The notes beneath the pieces were generated by a model. It searched no databases. It worked only from the letters and a program-made list of their open reading frames with translations, and was not told the origin of the DNA. The position numbers were made by a program, and so were the translations under genes. Source: Hamiltosporidium tvaerminnensis FI-OER-3-3 (Eukaryota > Fungi > Microsporidia). Taken from it: a stretch of 64,000 nucleotides of DNA. The stretch is from the NCBI GenBank assembly GCA_022605425.2, contig CM061247.1, positions 744,001-808,000 on the forward strand. The letters run 5' to 3'. Shown in pieces: positions 36,151-48,706 of this stretch; positions within the stretch are counted from its first letter, which is position 1; each line of letters opens with the position of its first letter.

Positions 36151-37896
36151 TTATTTACATTTTAAAAAATATTTTTGAAAATATTGTAAATTATTCATGT
36201 AACCTTCAATTCCAAATTTATACTTAAAAATTCTATACTTTAAGCATAGCAAAAGAATCATTATTTCAGAAATTTGAAATGATTTTGGCTTTAAATTTTT
36301 TCTTGAGATTAAATCAACATATTTTTTCATATTAATAGTTGCATCTTCAATACAATTTATTTCATAAAAAATCTTTTCTTTTTCTTTTTCCCAACAAACT
36401 TTATGATCTGAAAGCTGTATGTCTAAAAGATATTTTAAAACTTTAGTAATCAGCAAAATTATATTTTTTTCAAGTAACGGATTTAATTTGGCCGAATTTA
36501 CAGGCGTTGATTTTCTATAAATATTTTTCTGGTATATACTGACAATTTCTATGAGATAACTACGATTTAAAAGCATATTTTTGATTGTATTTTCATCCAT
36601 TTGAAATATGACAGTATTAAAGATACATAGGATGTGATACGATGATAAATATGATGAATCAAATTTTCTGATTATAAGATTATGATAAATTATCTTTTCT
36701 GCCAAGAAAAATATAGAATAAAGTAAATTTATGTTGACCGAAAACCCAAATATTTCCAAAAGTTTTAGAAATTTTTCTTTTAAAAGAATTTTATTCTTCA
36801 AAAAAAATCTACATTCTTCATTAGAAAAAGCACAGATTCTTTTTCTATAAGTATTACACATATATTGGCTTTTAATCAGCTTTATTTTTGGATCCAAAAG
36901 AAGAAATTTTAAGTAAAAAATCGAAAGAAAATAATTTCCAACAGCCAAGCTCACTTTAGATAAATTCTCCAAAAGCTTTATTTCAAAAGAAAGAAATTCA
37001 GGCAAAATTATGTAAATATAATTGTCTTTATTCTTAAAAATTTCACGAATAGAATCTTTCCAATATTTCATAAAATCATTTAAATACATATATTCCATAT
37101 CAGATGAAAGTATAGCTTTACTTTTAATATTTTTCTTGAAATTTAACTCGGTTTGTACAAAATAATCAATTTTTGATTGGAATTCTACATATTCGTTTTC
37201 ATTGCAATATAAATTTATTATTTCTCGATTTATTTCGAAATTGATTTTTTCAAAGACATTTTTATCAAAATAGTTGTCGGAATATTGTGATGAAATTTTA
37301 GATATACCAATATTTTCATTATAGAGAGGAAATGAATCATTATCTGTTAATAAAAAGAATCTATATAATTTGTTAATTGACAAATAACATTTTCTGATAT
37401 TAAGAATATCAGTATTTTCATAGACTTCACGTGGATCGTCTTTAATGTTTAAATATTCAAAACTAAATCTCCAGGATGATTTTTCCTTAAAACTTTGTTT
37501 TAGAATATCCAATTGGTAATCAAACTTTAATTCGTACATAGAAAGTAAATAGAGGGAGCAAATGTTTAATGGATCCAAATCTTTAAATACGTAATTTAAA
37601 GGTATGCCTGTCGTATAATTACCTAAAACACCAGGTGAATGAATATTTATTTTCGTTTTCCGCAAGAGTGATTTTGAACTCTTACTTACGCCAAAAATAA
37701 AATCCGAGTGAGGCTTTCTTTTATGAGACCTGTGTAAATTTGAGCCTTCACAATTTTTAATATCAGTTTCAGTTACATCATGGCTGCATGTTGGTTGTAA
37801 TAAATCCATTGTATCAAAAGATTCGTATATATTGGCGCCATGACAGCATTTATACAAAAGAAAAGAAACTGAAATATAATATCTAAATTTGAACAT
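36151..37896 (-). CDS. Hypothetical protein with signal-peptide-like N-terminus; paralog of 44131..45871
   Basis: 581-aa ORF; MFKFRYYISVSFLLYKCCHG; shares NILNIRKCY-type, YIYIILPEFLSFEIK, IFNTVIFQMDE and LLCLKYRIFKYKFGIEG blocks with the paralog. Confidence 0.85.
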   Translation of the reverse strand: MFKFRYYISVSFLLYKCCHGANIYESFDTMDLLQPTCSHDVTETDIKNCEGSNLHRSHKRKPHSDFIFGVSKSSKSLLRKTKINIHSPGVLGNYTTGIPLNYVFKDLDPLNICSLYLLSMYELKFDYQLDILKQSFKEKSSWRFSFEYLNIKDDPREVYENTDILNIRKCYLSINKLYRFFLLTDNDSFPLYNENIGISKISSQYSDNYFDKNVFEKINFEINREIINLYCNENEYVEFQSKIDYFVQTELNFKKNIKSKAILSSDMEYMYLNDFMKYWKDSIREIFKNKDNYIYIILPEFLSFEIKLLENLSKVSLAVGNYFLSIFYLKFLLLDPKIKLIKSQYMCNTYRKRICAFSNEECRFFLKNKILLKEKFLKLLEIFGFSVNINLLYSIFFLAEKIIYHNLIIRKFDSSYLSSYHILCIFNTVIFQMDENTIKNMLLNRSYLIEIVSIYQKNIYRKSTPVNSAKLNPLLEKNIILLITKVLKYLLDIQLSDHKVCWEKEKEKIFYEINCIEDATINMKKYVDLISRKNLKPKSFQISEIMILLLCLKYRIFKYKFGIEGYMNNLQYFQKYFLKCK

Positions 37897-40800
37897 GAAC
37901 CTCTATATAAATTGTTTTTTTATAAAATATGTGAATAAATTACTATATATTTAATAATTTAATTTATATTTAATTATTTTAAGAGTAAGTTCTAGAATTG
38001 TTTATTAATTGAATTGCCTATATTAGAAAAGTAATGATTTTTCAAAAATACATTAGTAATATTTTAATTAACATCTTCTTGCAATCAAATATTATTATAT
38101 TTCCAAGTTCTTTGGTATTTTATTTCATCCATTGTTCAATACACATTAAATAATTCGATTTTTAGTACAAAATAATTGCTCATACAAATAATAATTTAAA
38201 ATTTCATTTTTTGTGGATCAAATATAATTTAATGATACAGATATTAATTTAATTTAATATAATTTAATTTTTTTAATTACATTCATACACAAAAATATTC
38301 GCAGATTTTAGAGTTTGGTTTTTTAAATGATCTTATATCGTTTTATGTTACTGTTACATTAGATTTTTTTCTTGAAGATTAGATTGCCAAAAATAAGTTG
38401 ATTTGTATACTTTGTTGACACATTATTTATTTTGATAATGTTTTTTACAACCAATTGATAATTTTTCGAACTTTCGCACTAATAAAAACAATAGTATAAT
38501 ACAACAAGAAAGTCTCAAAAATATCTCTTATTGGTTTTAAAATATTTATATTTTATTAAACAACTACTCAAGAATTTAATATCAATTTTCATTTTTAAAA
38601 ATGTTTAGAAAGAACATTATCGGTTATTCAATATAGTTTCTAAAAGACAAATTAAATTATTAATTTAATTACTGTCCATTTCTATATCTAAGGAATATTA
38701 GATATTTTGTTTGTAACATTATTTCAATTCTTTAATACAATATGTTGGTTGTATACTTCTTTTTGCTATATTCAATATACCTAAGACTTTAAAGCTATCA
38801 GTTTGAAAAAATATTCACAAAATATTTGCTTCTTATTGAATTTTTAACTTTTAACAATAATAGTTTATGATATCGGAATTTCGCAAAAATATAAACACAA
38901 AAAATGCAGTAACTTATTTTTATGTACAATCTTGTATTACAGTTAAATGTTACATAAACCCATATACACATTTTCCGAAATAGACATCATATTTCTCATA
39001 ATTCAAGCCCAAGATACTGAGCAACCTTGAAATATTTTCACTTACGTAGGTGAGGAAATTATCTATCCCTATAGAATATTATTTATGGAATTAATATATC
39101 TGTTTTTAATCACATTTCATGATTACTAAAGCAAAATCATAGCTTTTTTTCATTGATTTAGACAATTTTGTAGCAGTTTTTTTTTCATTTGTAAAAAGCA
39201 ATAGAAAGTATAAATTGAATTTATTTCGTACAATTTATAGTGAGGACAAATAAGAAAAAAATAAAACTTTCTATTTAATATACAAAATATTTTTTCGATG
39301 GTTTTTCTAAGGCGCAAAATAGTTTAAACTCAATCTAGCGGTATCAAGATAGAATACTTAAGCCCTAATTAATACATTGTAAATTAGAGAAAATAAATAC
39401 AATTTTGCCTAATTGAGACATAACAAAAGATCTCTTTTTAATTATTGAAATAAATACAACATAAAGTCAAAAAACATAATTTTTAAATAAAATTCGCTTG
39501 TTTTTTGATTTACATCGTGGTTTTTAAGTCTATGGTTCTTTCGACTAAAGAATATGAAATTAAGTCGCTAGAGAAGTTTTCTCGGGCTGTACGAGTCTGT
39601 AATTTCCACTAAGATTCTATTACTTCATTTTCATAAAGAAAGGCTAAATCCGTATTTAAAAATATTGAATCGGAGTTTCCATGGTATCAGATTTTATTAA
39701 TCTCCTAATTGTTATATAAAGAAACCCTCTTTCACTACGGATAGAATGACGGTTTTTGGTATTACCTCATTGCTTTATTCTGTTAAATATGGAATATGCC
39801 TATCAAGATTGTGACTCAACGATACTTCTAGATATTCTCGTTAAAATAAAATTCTAAAATATCTTAAAATTTTATTAAAAAAATATAACGACTTTAACTA
39901 TTAAAAAACACTTTAAGTTTTCGGTGTATTAAAATATTTAAACATCATAAAATAATCTCTGACTTACTAGAATCCATCTTTTGTACTCCTATCAAGAAGA
40001 ATTTAAAATTTATATATTTCAGAAATATAATTAAATATTATCAAACACGTTTATTTTTGCATTCACAACCTAACATTCTTAGAAAACTCATTTCGGGTTG
40101 TTTAAAGTCACTATAGTCAAAAATAAAAGTATGAACTTATCCGCACAAAGTCTAAAGCCATTCAGAAAGTTACAAAACTCATTCTTATTTTTTAATCCTT
40201 GTAAATAATATAATACTTTTCAAACGAATGAATAAGAATCTCTATGTTTAATAAAACAAATTCTTAGCAATAAATTATACTAGAAAAGGATTGTATTGTT
40301 TTAAAGTCTTATATATTAACCACTTTTTTCATTTAACTGCTTACACTACAAACAAATGAATGATATAAACTGTAAAAACAAATTTGATATTATTGCAACG
40401 GGAATATAAAAAAATATAAACAGGAAAATCATAAAATTTTTATTTTATCTGGTGATAATACCTTTGAGAAATTTATTCTACAACACGATTCTTCGATTAG
40501 TTTAACGTAAATAGAATGATCATCTTCATGATATACGATAGTCCAAATAGCCCGCATGAGAATGTCTGCAAGTTTAATTTCGTTTGATTTTGGCTCCTAT
40601 TAAAGCTCTCTGTAAGAATAGCTAAGTCTTGCGGGAAAGTAAATGTTTCATTGTAATAGATATTTTCATCTTTCTCAAAGGGTAGAACAACAAATTTTTC
40701 CGTGTATTATAAGATCTTATTTAATATAGCGCTCTTCTAAAATTTAATATTTTCAATGGGAATTAAGTTTAACTGTTATTACTTATGACATGTATCATCC

Positions 40801-43800
40801 GTTATAAATTCTTTGCAAGTCATCATCAGAAATATCTGTTCGAAGAGGAACATTATTTTATACCCACAAAACTTTGCCTATTGTTAGGGATTTTGCATCT
40901 GCTTGAAGCAAAGTTCTTTATATTGAAGCAGTCCCTAATTCAGGCTATGCCTCGATGAAAAAATCGCTTCATGGCATGATATATTGCATTTTAATATTAC
41001 TTTAATAAATATTGAAGCCTGGTATTAGTGTTGATTTGGCAATTTTTCCAAAGGGAATGTGTGACTGTTGGATTCGCGCGTTCGAACTTCCAGTATATCA
41101 ACGAATGTCTAAGTAAATATAGATACATTTATATTGAACTCTGGATACAGGGCAGTCGAAAAATCACTAAAAAGACCTTTACTATTATCAGAACGTTGTA
41201 AATTAGTTAGACATTATATTCTAAAACATAATTCTAATCTATTGCTCAAAGTATGAAAGAAGGTTTTTTTATAATATTTACGAGCAAATATATTATTAGT
41301 AACTTTAAATATATTCAAACGGCTTCCGATTTTCATATTTTGGTATGTTCTAACTTGATTTTTATTTGACAAAGGTTTCATCTCGTCTAACAGGAGAGGT
41401 TCAGATTATTTAAAAAATAGAAGAAGTTTTTGGCAAGACTCTTACGTAGATATCCTAATATGACTTAATTTAAGCTTAATCTCACATATAATATGTCAAA
41501 AAATTTGGACACTTCTATTTAATATTTAGTATGTGGTCTTATAGCGCGTAAGAAAGCCAAAACTTTTTTTAATAGAAATTTCAAGTTTTTGCACAAAAGT
41601 AACAGGAACTATTCCGAATTCCATGTAATTTTGCACACCTTCATACTATTTTTTTAAACTAAATTACACAAATCTTTTTTCCACACAAGCTGCAAAGATG
41701 TTCTTTTCAGTTTAAAACTGATGATTGGAATAAAGGGAAGGTTTGACCCTTTCTTTCATGATATTTATTAGAAATCTTTGATGTATCGTTATTTTCATTT
41801 TTTTGTCGAAAAATATATTCGTTTAAACCTATATTTCTCGCAGAAGATTCTACACTCTGCGCAAGCATACAACATTTTGTAATAGGAACATATTTGTAAC
41901 AAAAAAGACCAACTTACCAACACCTTGATATGGCATACGCGCCGAACATTAAATTTCCTACATTATGCTTAACTATTTGGTTCATATTTTTAAGATTTTG
42001 GCGTTTTTTCTTCCTAAATAACCATAATGTTTGAATTAAGACATTAAACTTGCCTCATAACTAAAATTGCACGTTCGATTGTCAGCTGAAATCGATAAAA
42101 ATAATTTTTAAATATTAAATCTACCACTCATATATTTTGGTAACAACAAAGATTTTTGAGTAGGGAAACTGGAATAAACACCAACTGTATTAAGGCAATT
42201 ACTTAAAGTCTCAGAAGTGTCATTATAATTAAATAAACTATCTAATTTTATAGTGATTTTTGCGACTAATTTTAGAATTTTTTATTTTAAAATTAAAAAT
42301 TCTATTGGCTATAGTAATATCTATTATGAGAGATATTTCAGATACATGTTTAAAACATGTGTCTTTTCAAATCTAATCTTTTGTAAATTATCATAGATTG
42401 TATACCTAGCTACCTGAAGCTATTCGGAAAATTTTCCTATCAAATAACTTCAAAGCTTGTTTATTCTATAGATATTTCTTCCCGGCTGATTGAATATTAC
42501 CCATTGCGGGTCATTTACAACCCAAAATAAATAATCAACTGATCTTTACCGCGAAATATTTAAAAATTTTTTTGTGTCCGGATTTTATTTTGACATTTTA
42601 GAAAGACATATGTGAAAATGTATAACTACGGAATATAGACAAACACATAAAGAACAATATAGGTATGAAATATTAATAATCATCATTTTCTCAAGAAGAG
42701 TAAAAAACCCTATTAAAAATATATGAAACATTAAATTTTTTTGGGTTTTCTCAGCTTTTTTTGACATACTGTATTTCTTTTGATATTCAGGGAAATTTTG
42801 ATATAAGACTGTTATGGTTTAGAAAAAGAATCTTTTATATGTTTTCAATAATCCTAATAATTGATATTCTAGCTTTTTTAAGCTATTGATTTTTATTGCT
42901 ATGATATACATCTCATTCTATTAGATGACATTTACTCAAATCTTTTTAAAATTGATTTTTTTTGGGATATTGTCTTAAAAGATTTCACTTTGCAGTTCTA
43001 AAAGTTCTTCTTTACTTCTATTATTTTAATAAATTTTTTTCATTTTTTGTATAGTAATAAGTTATTAATAATCGCCTTTGTTTTGCTAATATATTTTCGC
43101 GCGAATCAATATGTAAAAATAATCCGAGCCTAAATAATTTTACTTGACTCTTTAGTAACTTTATAGTTCATTTTACCTCTATTTTTATAGTAATAATTAA
43201 CGAAATAGATTCATCTTACGAAATTGATTGAACATAAGATTAACTTTTTATTTGATTTTTGAATGAACGAATATTTCTAAATTTCACTCTGCTGTATTTA
43301 AACGCAAAAACGAAATGACATTTTTAACATTTAAAAAACAAAACAACTAATGAGATCAAAAAATATTGAAGTTCAAACGTTGATTTAAATGGCTAAAAAA
43401 GGTTCAAATACAAAAAATGCCTCAATAAGTGTCACAATGTATAAATACACAATTTGAAGGCAAAATTTCGATTGAGCCTTTTCCCACGGAAATCTAGCAT
43501 TTTTATTTAAACTATTCACTCAGATAATAAAAAAAACGAAAATAATTGTTTCCCCGATAGCTTTGTTAAATAAAGAAAATTACTTATACGACGTCTTTTT
43601 TTCATAACAATTTCATTTTTTAAAGTTAATTTTTTAAATGTACATTTGTTCAAAGCGTTTTTTTAGATTTTCGGTTAAATCTGAATGAATTAAAATAAAA
43701 TTTATAATTATTCTACCGCTTTCACGCTAATCCTTGACTATCCTTCGATTCAAGTATGGGAAATATACTTTATAGATGCCCTAAAAAATATATCAAAAGA

Positions 43801-44130
43801 TTACAAAAACAAGAATGTTAAACTCAAAAAGCAATCTGATATATAAAGTTACTAAAATTGGAAGAATGTTGGTTTACAGAATATATGTAAAAATATGTAT
43901 ATTTAAATAAAATCTTACTGTCAACTAACAAATTTATATTTATGAGAATGTATTTAACTATTAAATTATTTATATTTTAAGAATCAATGATTGCAATGAA
44001 CTACGAAATATCTAAGTAAATTTTTTTATAGTTAATATTTAATTAAAAAACAGAAACTAATTCTAAAATATAACCTGTAAAACCTTAAGAAATATAAATA
44101 AAGTATTGAATGATTGTTTTAATTAAAATA

Positions 44131-45871
44131 TCATTGAAAATATGAGTTAAAGTGTTGTATTGTATTTAAAAATCCTTCTATCCCGAATTTATACTTAAAA
44201 ATACGATATTTTAAACACAATAAAAAATTTGATATTTCATATGTGTGAAATACTTCTTTTACTGCTGTCTTTCTTGTCATTAAATAAACCTTTTTGTGTC
44301 CTTTGACTATTGTATTGTGTATGGCATTTAACTCATATAATATCAAATCATATTCTTCATACATTTCAAAATGATCATCATCGATCTTTATATTTAAAAT
44401 ATATCTGAGAACTCGGATTAAATTAAGAATAATTATTTGGTCAAAAGTTGGATTAAATATTCCAGAATTTGTATCAAAAAATCTCATACCTGTACTTTTT
44501 TCATGTTTCATTATATTTTGCAGAACAAGATCGAACTTTACAAATGCATTTTTGATTGTAATTTCATCCATTTGAAATATAACTGTATTAAAAATGTTTA
44601 AACTGTGAAAAAAAGTTAAATATGTTGAATCAAATTTTTTGCTGATAAGATTGAAATATATTGTTTTTTCTGCTAAGTAGAATACAGAGTAAAGTAAATT
44701 AGTATTGACAGAAAAAACAAATATTTCTAAAATCTTTAAAAATTTTTTTTTCAGAAGAATTTTTTCGTTCAAAAACCATTCGTATTCTTCAAAAGAAGAT
44801 TCATTTTGTTTTTTAATAGAATCCAAACGATTATATCTTAATTTTATTTCATTTATTTTTGGATCAACCAGAAGAAATTTCAAATAAAGAATCGAAAGAA
44901 AATAATTTCCATCAGCCAATCGAATGTTATTTAAATTTTCTAAAATCTTTATTTCAAAAGATAAAAATTCAGGAAGTATTATATAAATGTACTTGTCTTT
45001 ATTCGTTAAAAGTTCAAGAATCAATGCTTTCCAATATTTAATAAAATCATTTGAATAAATACAGTTCATATCTGATGAAATATTATCAATATTTTCAGTA
45101 TTTTTCATCAAATTCAACTCTATTTGTATAAAATAATCAATTTTTAAGCGAAACTCTTCCAAGTAGTTTTCTTCACAATATAATTTCACAATATCTTGAT
45201 TTATTTCTAAATCAATACTATAAAACAAATTTTTTTCAAAAGACTTATTCGAATATAAAATTTGAACTGCAATAATACCTATATCCTCGTCAACAAAACT
45301 TAAAGAATTTCTTTGTGTTAATAAAGAAAATCTATATATTTTATGTATTGATACATAACACTTCCTAATATTTAGAATGTTACTATTTACACGAGTCAAG
45401 CTAGAATCTTCTATGATTTCCAAATATCTAAAATTAAAGGTTTTCCATGGTATTTTTTCTCCGAATCTTTCTTTTAAAATATCAAGTTGGCAATCAAACC
45501 TCAACTCGTATAAAAATAATAAGTAAATAGAATGAAAATCCAACGGCTGCGAATCTTCTAATCCCCGAGTCAAAAACACTTTAGGCTTAAATCTACTAAA
45601 ACCATTTCGAGATTGAATATTTCTTGTATTTTTATGATTTATAATTTTAGATTTTTTTCTTACTCCAAGAATACAGCTCGAACCAAAAACTTTATCATTT
45701 TCAGAAAGTCCTTTCTTTCCCATACCAGCTTTTTTTATTATTATCGAGATAATAACTACATGTCGGTTGTTCTAAATCAGTTGTATTAATCGACTCAGTT
45801 ATATTAGAATCGTAACATTTTTGGTAAAAAATAGTCAAAACAAAAAAGTAAACTCTAAATTGTAATATCAT
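44131..45871 (-). CDS. Paralog of 36151..37896 whose signal-peptide segment is out of frame by one base
   Basis: ATG 45871 gives MILQFRVYFFVLTIFYQKCYDSNITESINTTDLEQPTCS (paralog: MFKFRYY...KC...NIYES..T.DL.QPTCS); removing one base from the T7 run at 45730-45736 fuses it to the 530-aa ORF. Confidence 0.8.
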
Positions 45872-46004
45872 ATCTTAAAATTAAAAAGTTTTTTTATATT
45901 TAAATTTTTAATTAAAATAATTTTTTTAATTTACACTAGATTAATTAACAAAAGTGACATTAGATTTTCCATAATATAAGACCAATCGATTGCACTTATT
46001 AGTT

Positions 46005-46154
46005 AAATTATTATAAAATCTTTTTAGTTTATATTATTATAAAATCTTTTTAGTTTATATTATTATAAAATAAAATAAAAGTATGTATTATTATAAAATA
46101 TTATTAATTAAACTATTATAAATTAAAAGTATATATTATTATAAAATAAATTAA
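46005..46154. repeat. AT-rich array of TATTATAAAA-containing repeats at the retrotransposon cluster insertion site
   Basis: tattataaaa occurs repeatedly here and again at 56321-56345 on the far side of the cluster. Confidence 0.7.
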
Positions 46155-48696
46155 ATGATTATTTGATTCCATTTGTATCAGATAATCATCCGACCACGTT
46201 TCCTTCACTTGATGAATTTGTAAATATCATTAATTGGCTTCCCAATTGGAAAGCTGCTGGAATTGATGGTATTTACAATTTTTTCATTTAGAAACTTACA
46301 ACTCTTCACAAATATATTTATGATATTGTGAAAGTTATATGTTTAGAAGGAACACCTCAAGCTGATTGGTTTTACTGCGGGCTTACGTATTTGATACCGA
46401 AAGGAATTCCACGAAGAGGCTCTGACTACAGGCCAATCACTTGTATGTCCAACCTCTATAAGTTAACGACAAAGTGTGTAACGAAAGTCGTTCAACTTGA
46501 AGTGGAAAGGCGAGGGTTGCTTGCAGAGAACCAACTAGGGGCGGTAAGAGGTGTGCAGGGAGCGAAAGAGCAGGCTCTACTGAATATTGCCTTAAATAAA
46601 GAGTATGGAAATAATCTTAAGGCAACATGGATTGATGTTAAAAAAGCTTATGATTCAATAGATCATGCTTATTTAACTCAATGCATTGAAAACCTTAATT
46701 TACCTGATTGGATCCTGAAATTTATTAAGGTAATTATATCAAAATGGAAAATTGATATATCAGTAGGGCCTGAAAAAATCATGACCAAGAAGATTGATAG
46801 AGGGATTCTACAAGGAGATAGTCTGTCGCCTTTGTTATTTGTGTTGTGTATGGATCCATTAAGCCGAAAGCTTAATGAAAAATACACAAAAGTGACAGTA
46901 CAAACAGATGCAGAATCCCATTCTACTAATCATCTCTTGTTTATTGATGATCTTAAGCTCCTTGCAAAAGACAGCTCCACATTGAGTGCTATGACAGGCG
47001 AGGCAAAGGAATTTTTAGAGGTGATTGGCTTAGAGATTAACAAAGAGAAGTCAGCCACAAATGATACGTGTTGTGAAGATACTGCTACTCTTCTAGAAGG
47101 TGTTAGTGTTTACAAATATTTAGGAATAATAGAAGATAGCAGAGGAATCCCAACACGTAGCTCATTTGAAGAAGTACAGAGCAAACTTATATCAAGAGTT
47201 GAAAGACTTTGTCACACTAGATTAAAGTCAAAAAATTTATTTTCTGCAATCAATCAACATGCGATATCGTTAATCAACTACCACATAGGAGTACTTCGAC
47301 TTGAACCGGCTGACTTCTCTAAGTTAGATGAGGCAGTGCGTGCGGTGTTGGTTAAAAATAAGATACATCTCCGCCCAGGATGTAAAGAGCGGTTGTATCT
47401 TCCTAGAACAGAACTTGGAAGAGGTCTACATAGTGTTGAGTTGCGAAGCGAACATATGCTTCTGCAACTCTTGGATTGTCTGGAAAAAAGTAAAGAAATA
47501 TCAACTAGACGAGCAGCAATCCTCAGGGTGGAGAATAATAATAAATCCCATCTTGCACTAATAAAAGGCTTCTTAAAAGTAAAGTACAGGTTGGTAGAAG
47601 AAGTCACTAAGAAAAGTTTAGAAGAAGCTCAACTTGCAAAACTATATAACGAAATAGAAAAACGAAAACTCTATTCCGAGTTATATAATGCAAGGAAAAA
47701 TGAGCTTGTAAGTGTTAGTGACTCTTCAAGAATGGTAAAGAGACCGAATATTAGGCCACGAAATAAGCTTTGTTTTGCTATACTCAGGATAGAAATGTAT
47801 TTTGGAGAGCAGATGGTATGTGTCAACATTGCGGGAAGTCTGGTAAGACTGTGGATCATCTAGCAACTAGATGTGAAAAAATGCTAGGCCATGATTACAC
47901 TAGACGGCATAATGAAGTGGTTAGATGCCTACACCTTCTCCTTCTAAATAGATATAAGTTTAAGTCTTCAAAACGAATTAAGAGTCACTCAGTTCAAGAA
48001 ATTCTTGATAATGAGTATGCAGAGATAAGAGTGGACACCAGAATTAAAACTGATGTTAAATTCGGAATAACAGACCGGACATATTTATTTTAGATAAGAA
48101 GAAGAATAAGATAACACTCATTTAAGTAGGAATCACTTCCCAAGATTCACTTCAAATAGTTGAAACTGAAAAACTTAGGAAGTATGATCTGCTAGCCAAT
48201 GAGTTGGGCCTTATTTATAAGTGTAGTGTTGAGATAATCCCTTATGTGATGACCTGGGACGGTATTGTGACAAAATACCATAAATCTCATCTTAAAAGAC
48301 TAGAAATACCCATGAATGTAGAGGCATACATTCAGTCTATAGTACTTAAGAAGACAGTCGAAACAATTTCCTTTGATCGACGAAGAGGACTTGAGTCAGG
48401 ACTAAATGCCGAAGAGAGCTGGGAGAGAGCGTCATTGGGTGTTATTATGAGATCAGAGATGCATGAGGAACCTTTACCCCCTTTAAAAGAAGAGAAGAGA
48501 GAGGAAGATAGTGTTAAACAAGTAAATTCAAAAAATATTTTACCCCTTATTTTAGATGACGTAACCAGACCAGAGGAACCGACGATAGACATTAATGATA
48601 AGTCGGATGTAGAAAAAGAGAATAAAGTGGTTAAAGTGATGGAAGAAATTAGTTAAACGGGAGAAAATTTGTTAACCCAGAATTTTATTAAATAAA
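46155..48696 (+). mobile_element. R4/Dong-like retrotransposon E2, subfamily A, 5'-truncated, defective
   Basis: Near identical to E4 through the RT (YRPITC, DVKKAYDS, QGDSLSPLLF, LFIDD); frameshifts and a TAA at 48123-48125; terminal ttaacccagaattttattaaataaa. Confidence 0.95.
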
Positions 48697-48706
48697 TAAA
48701 ATCTTT

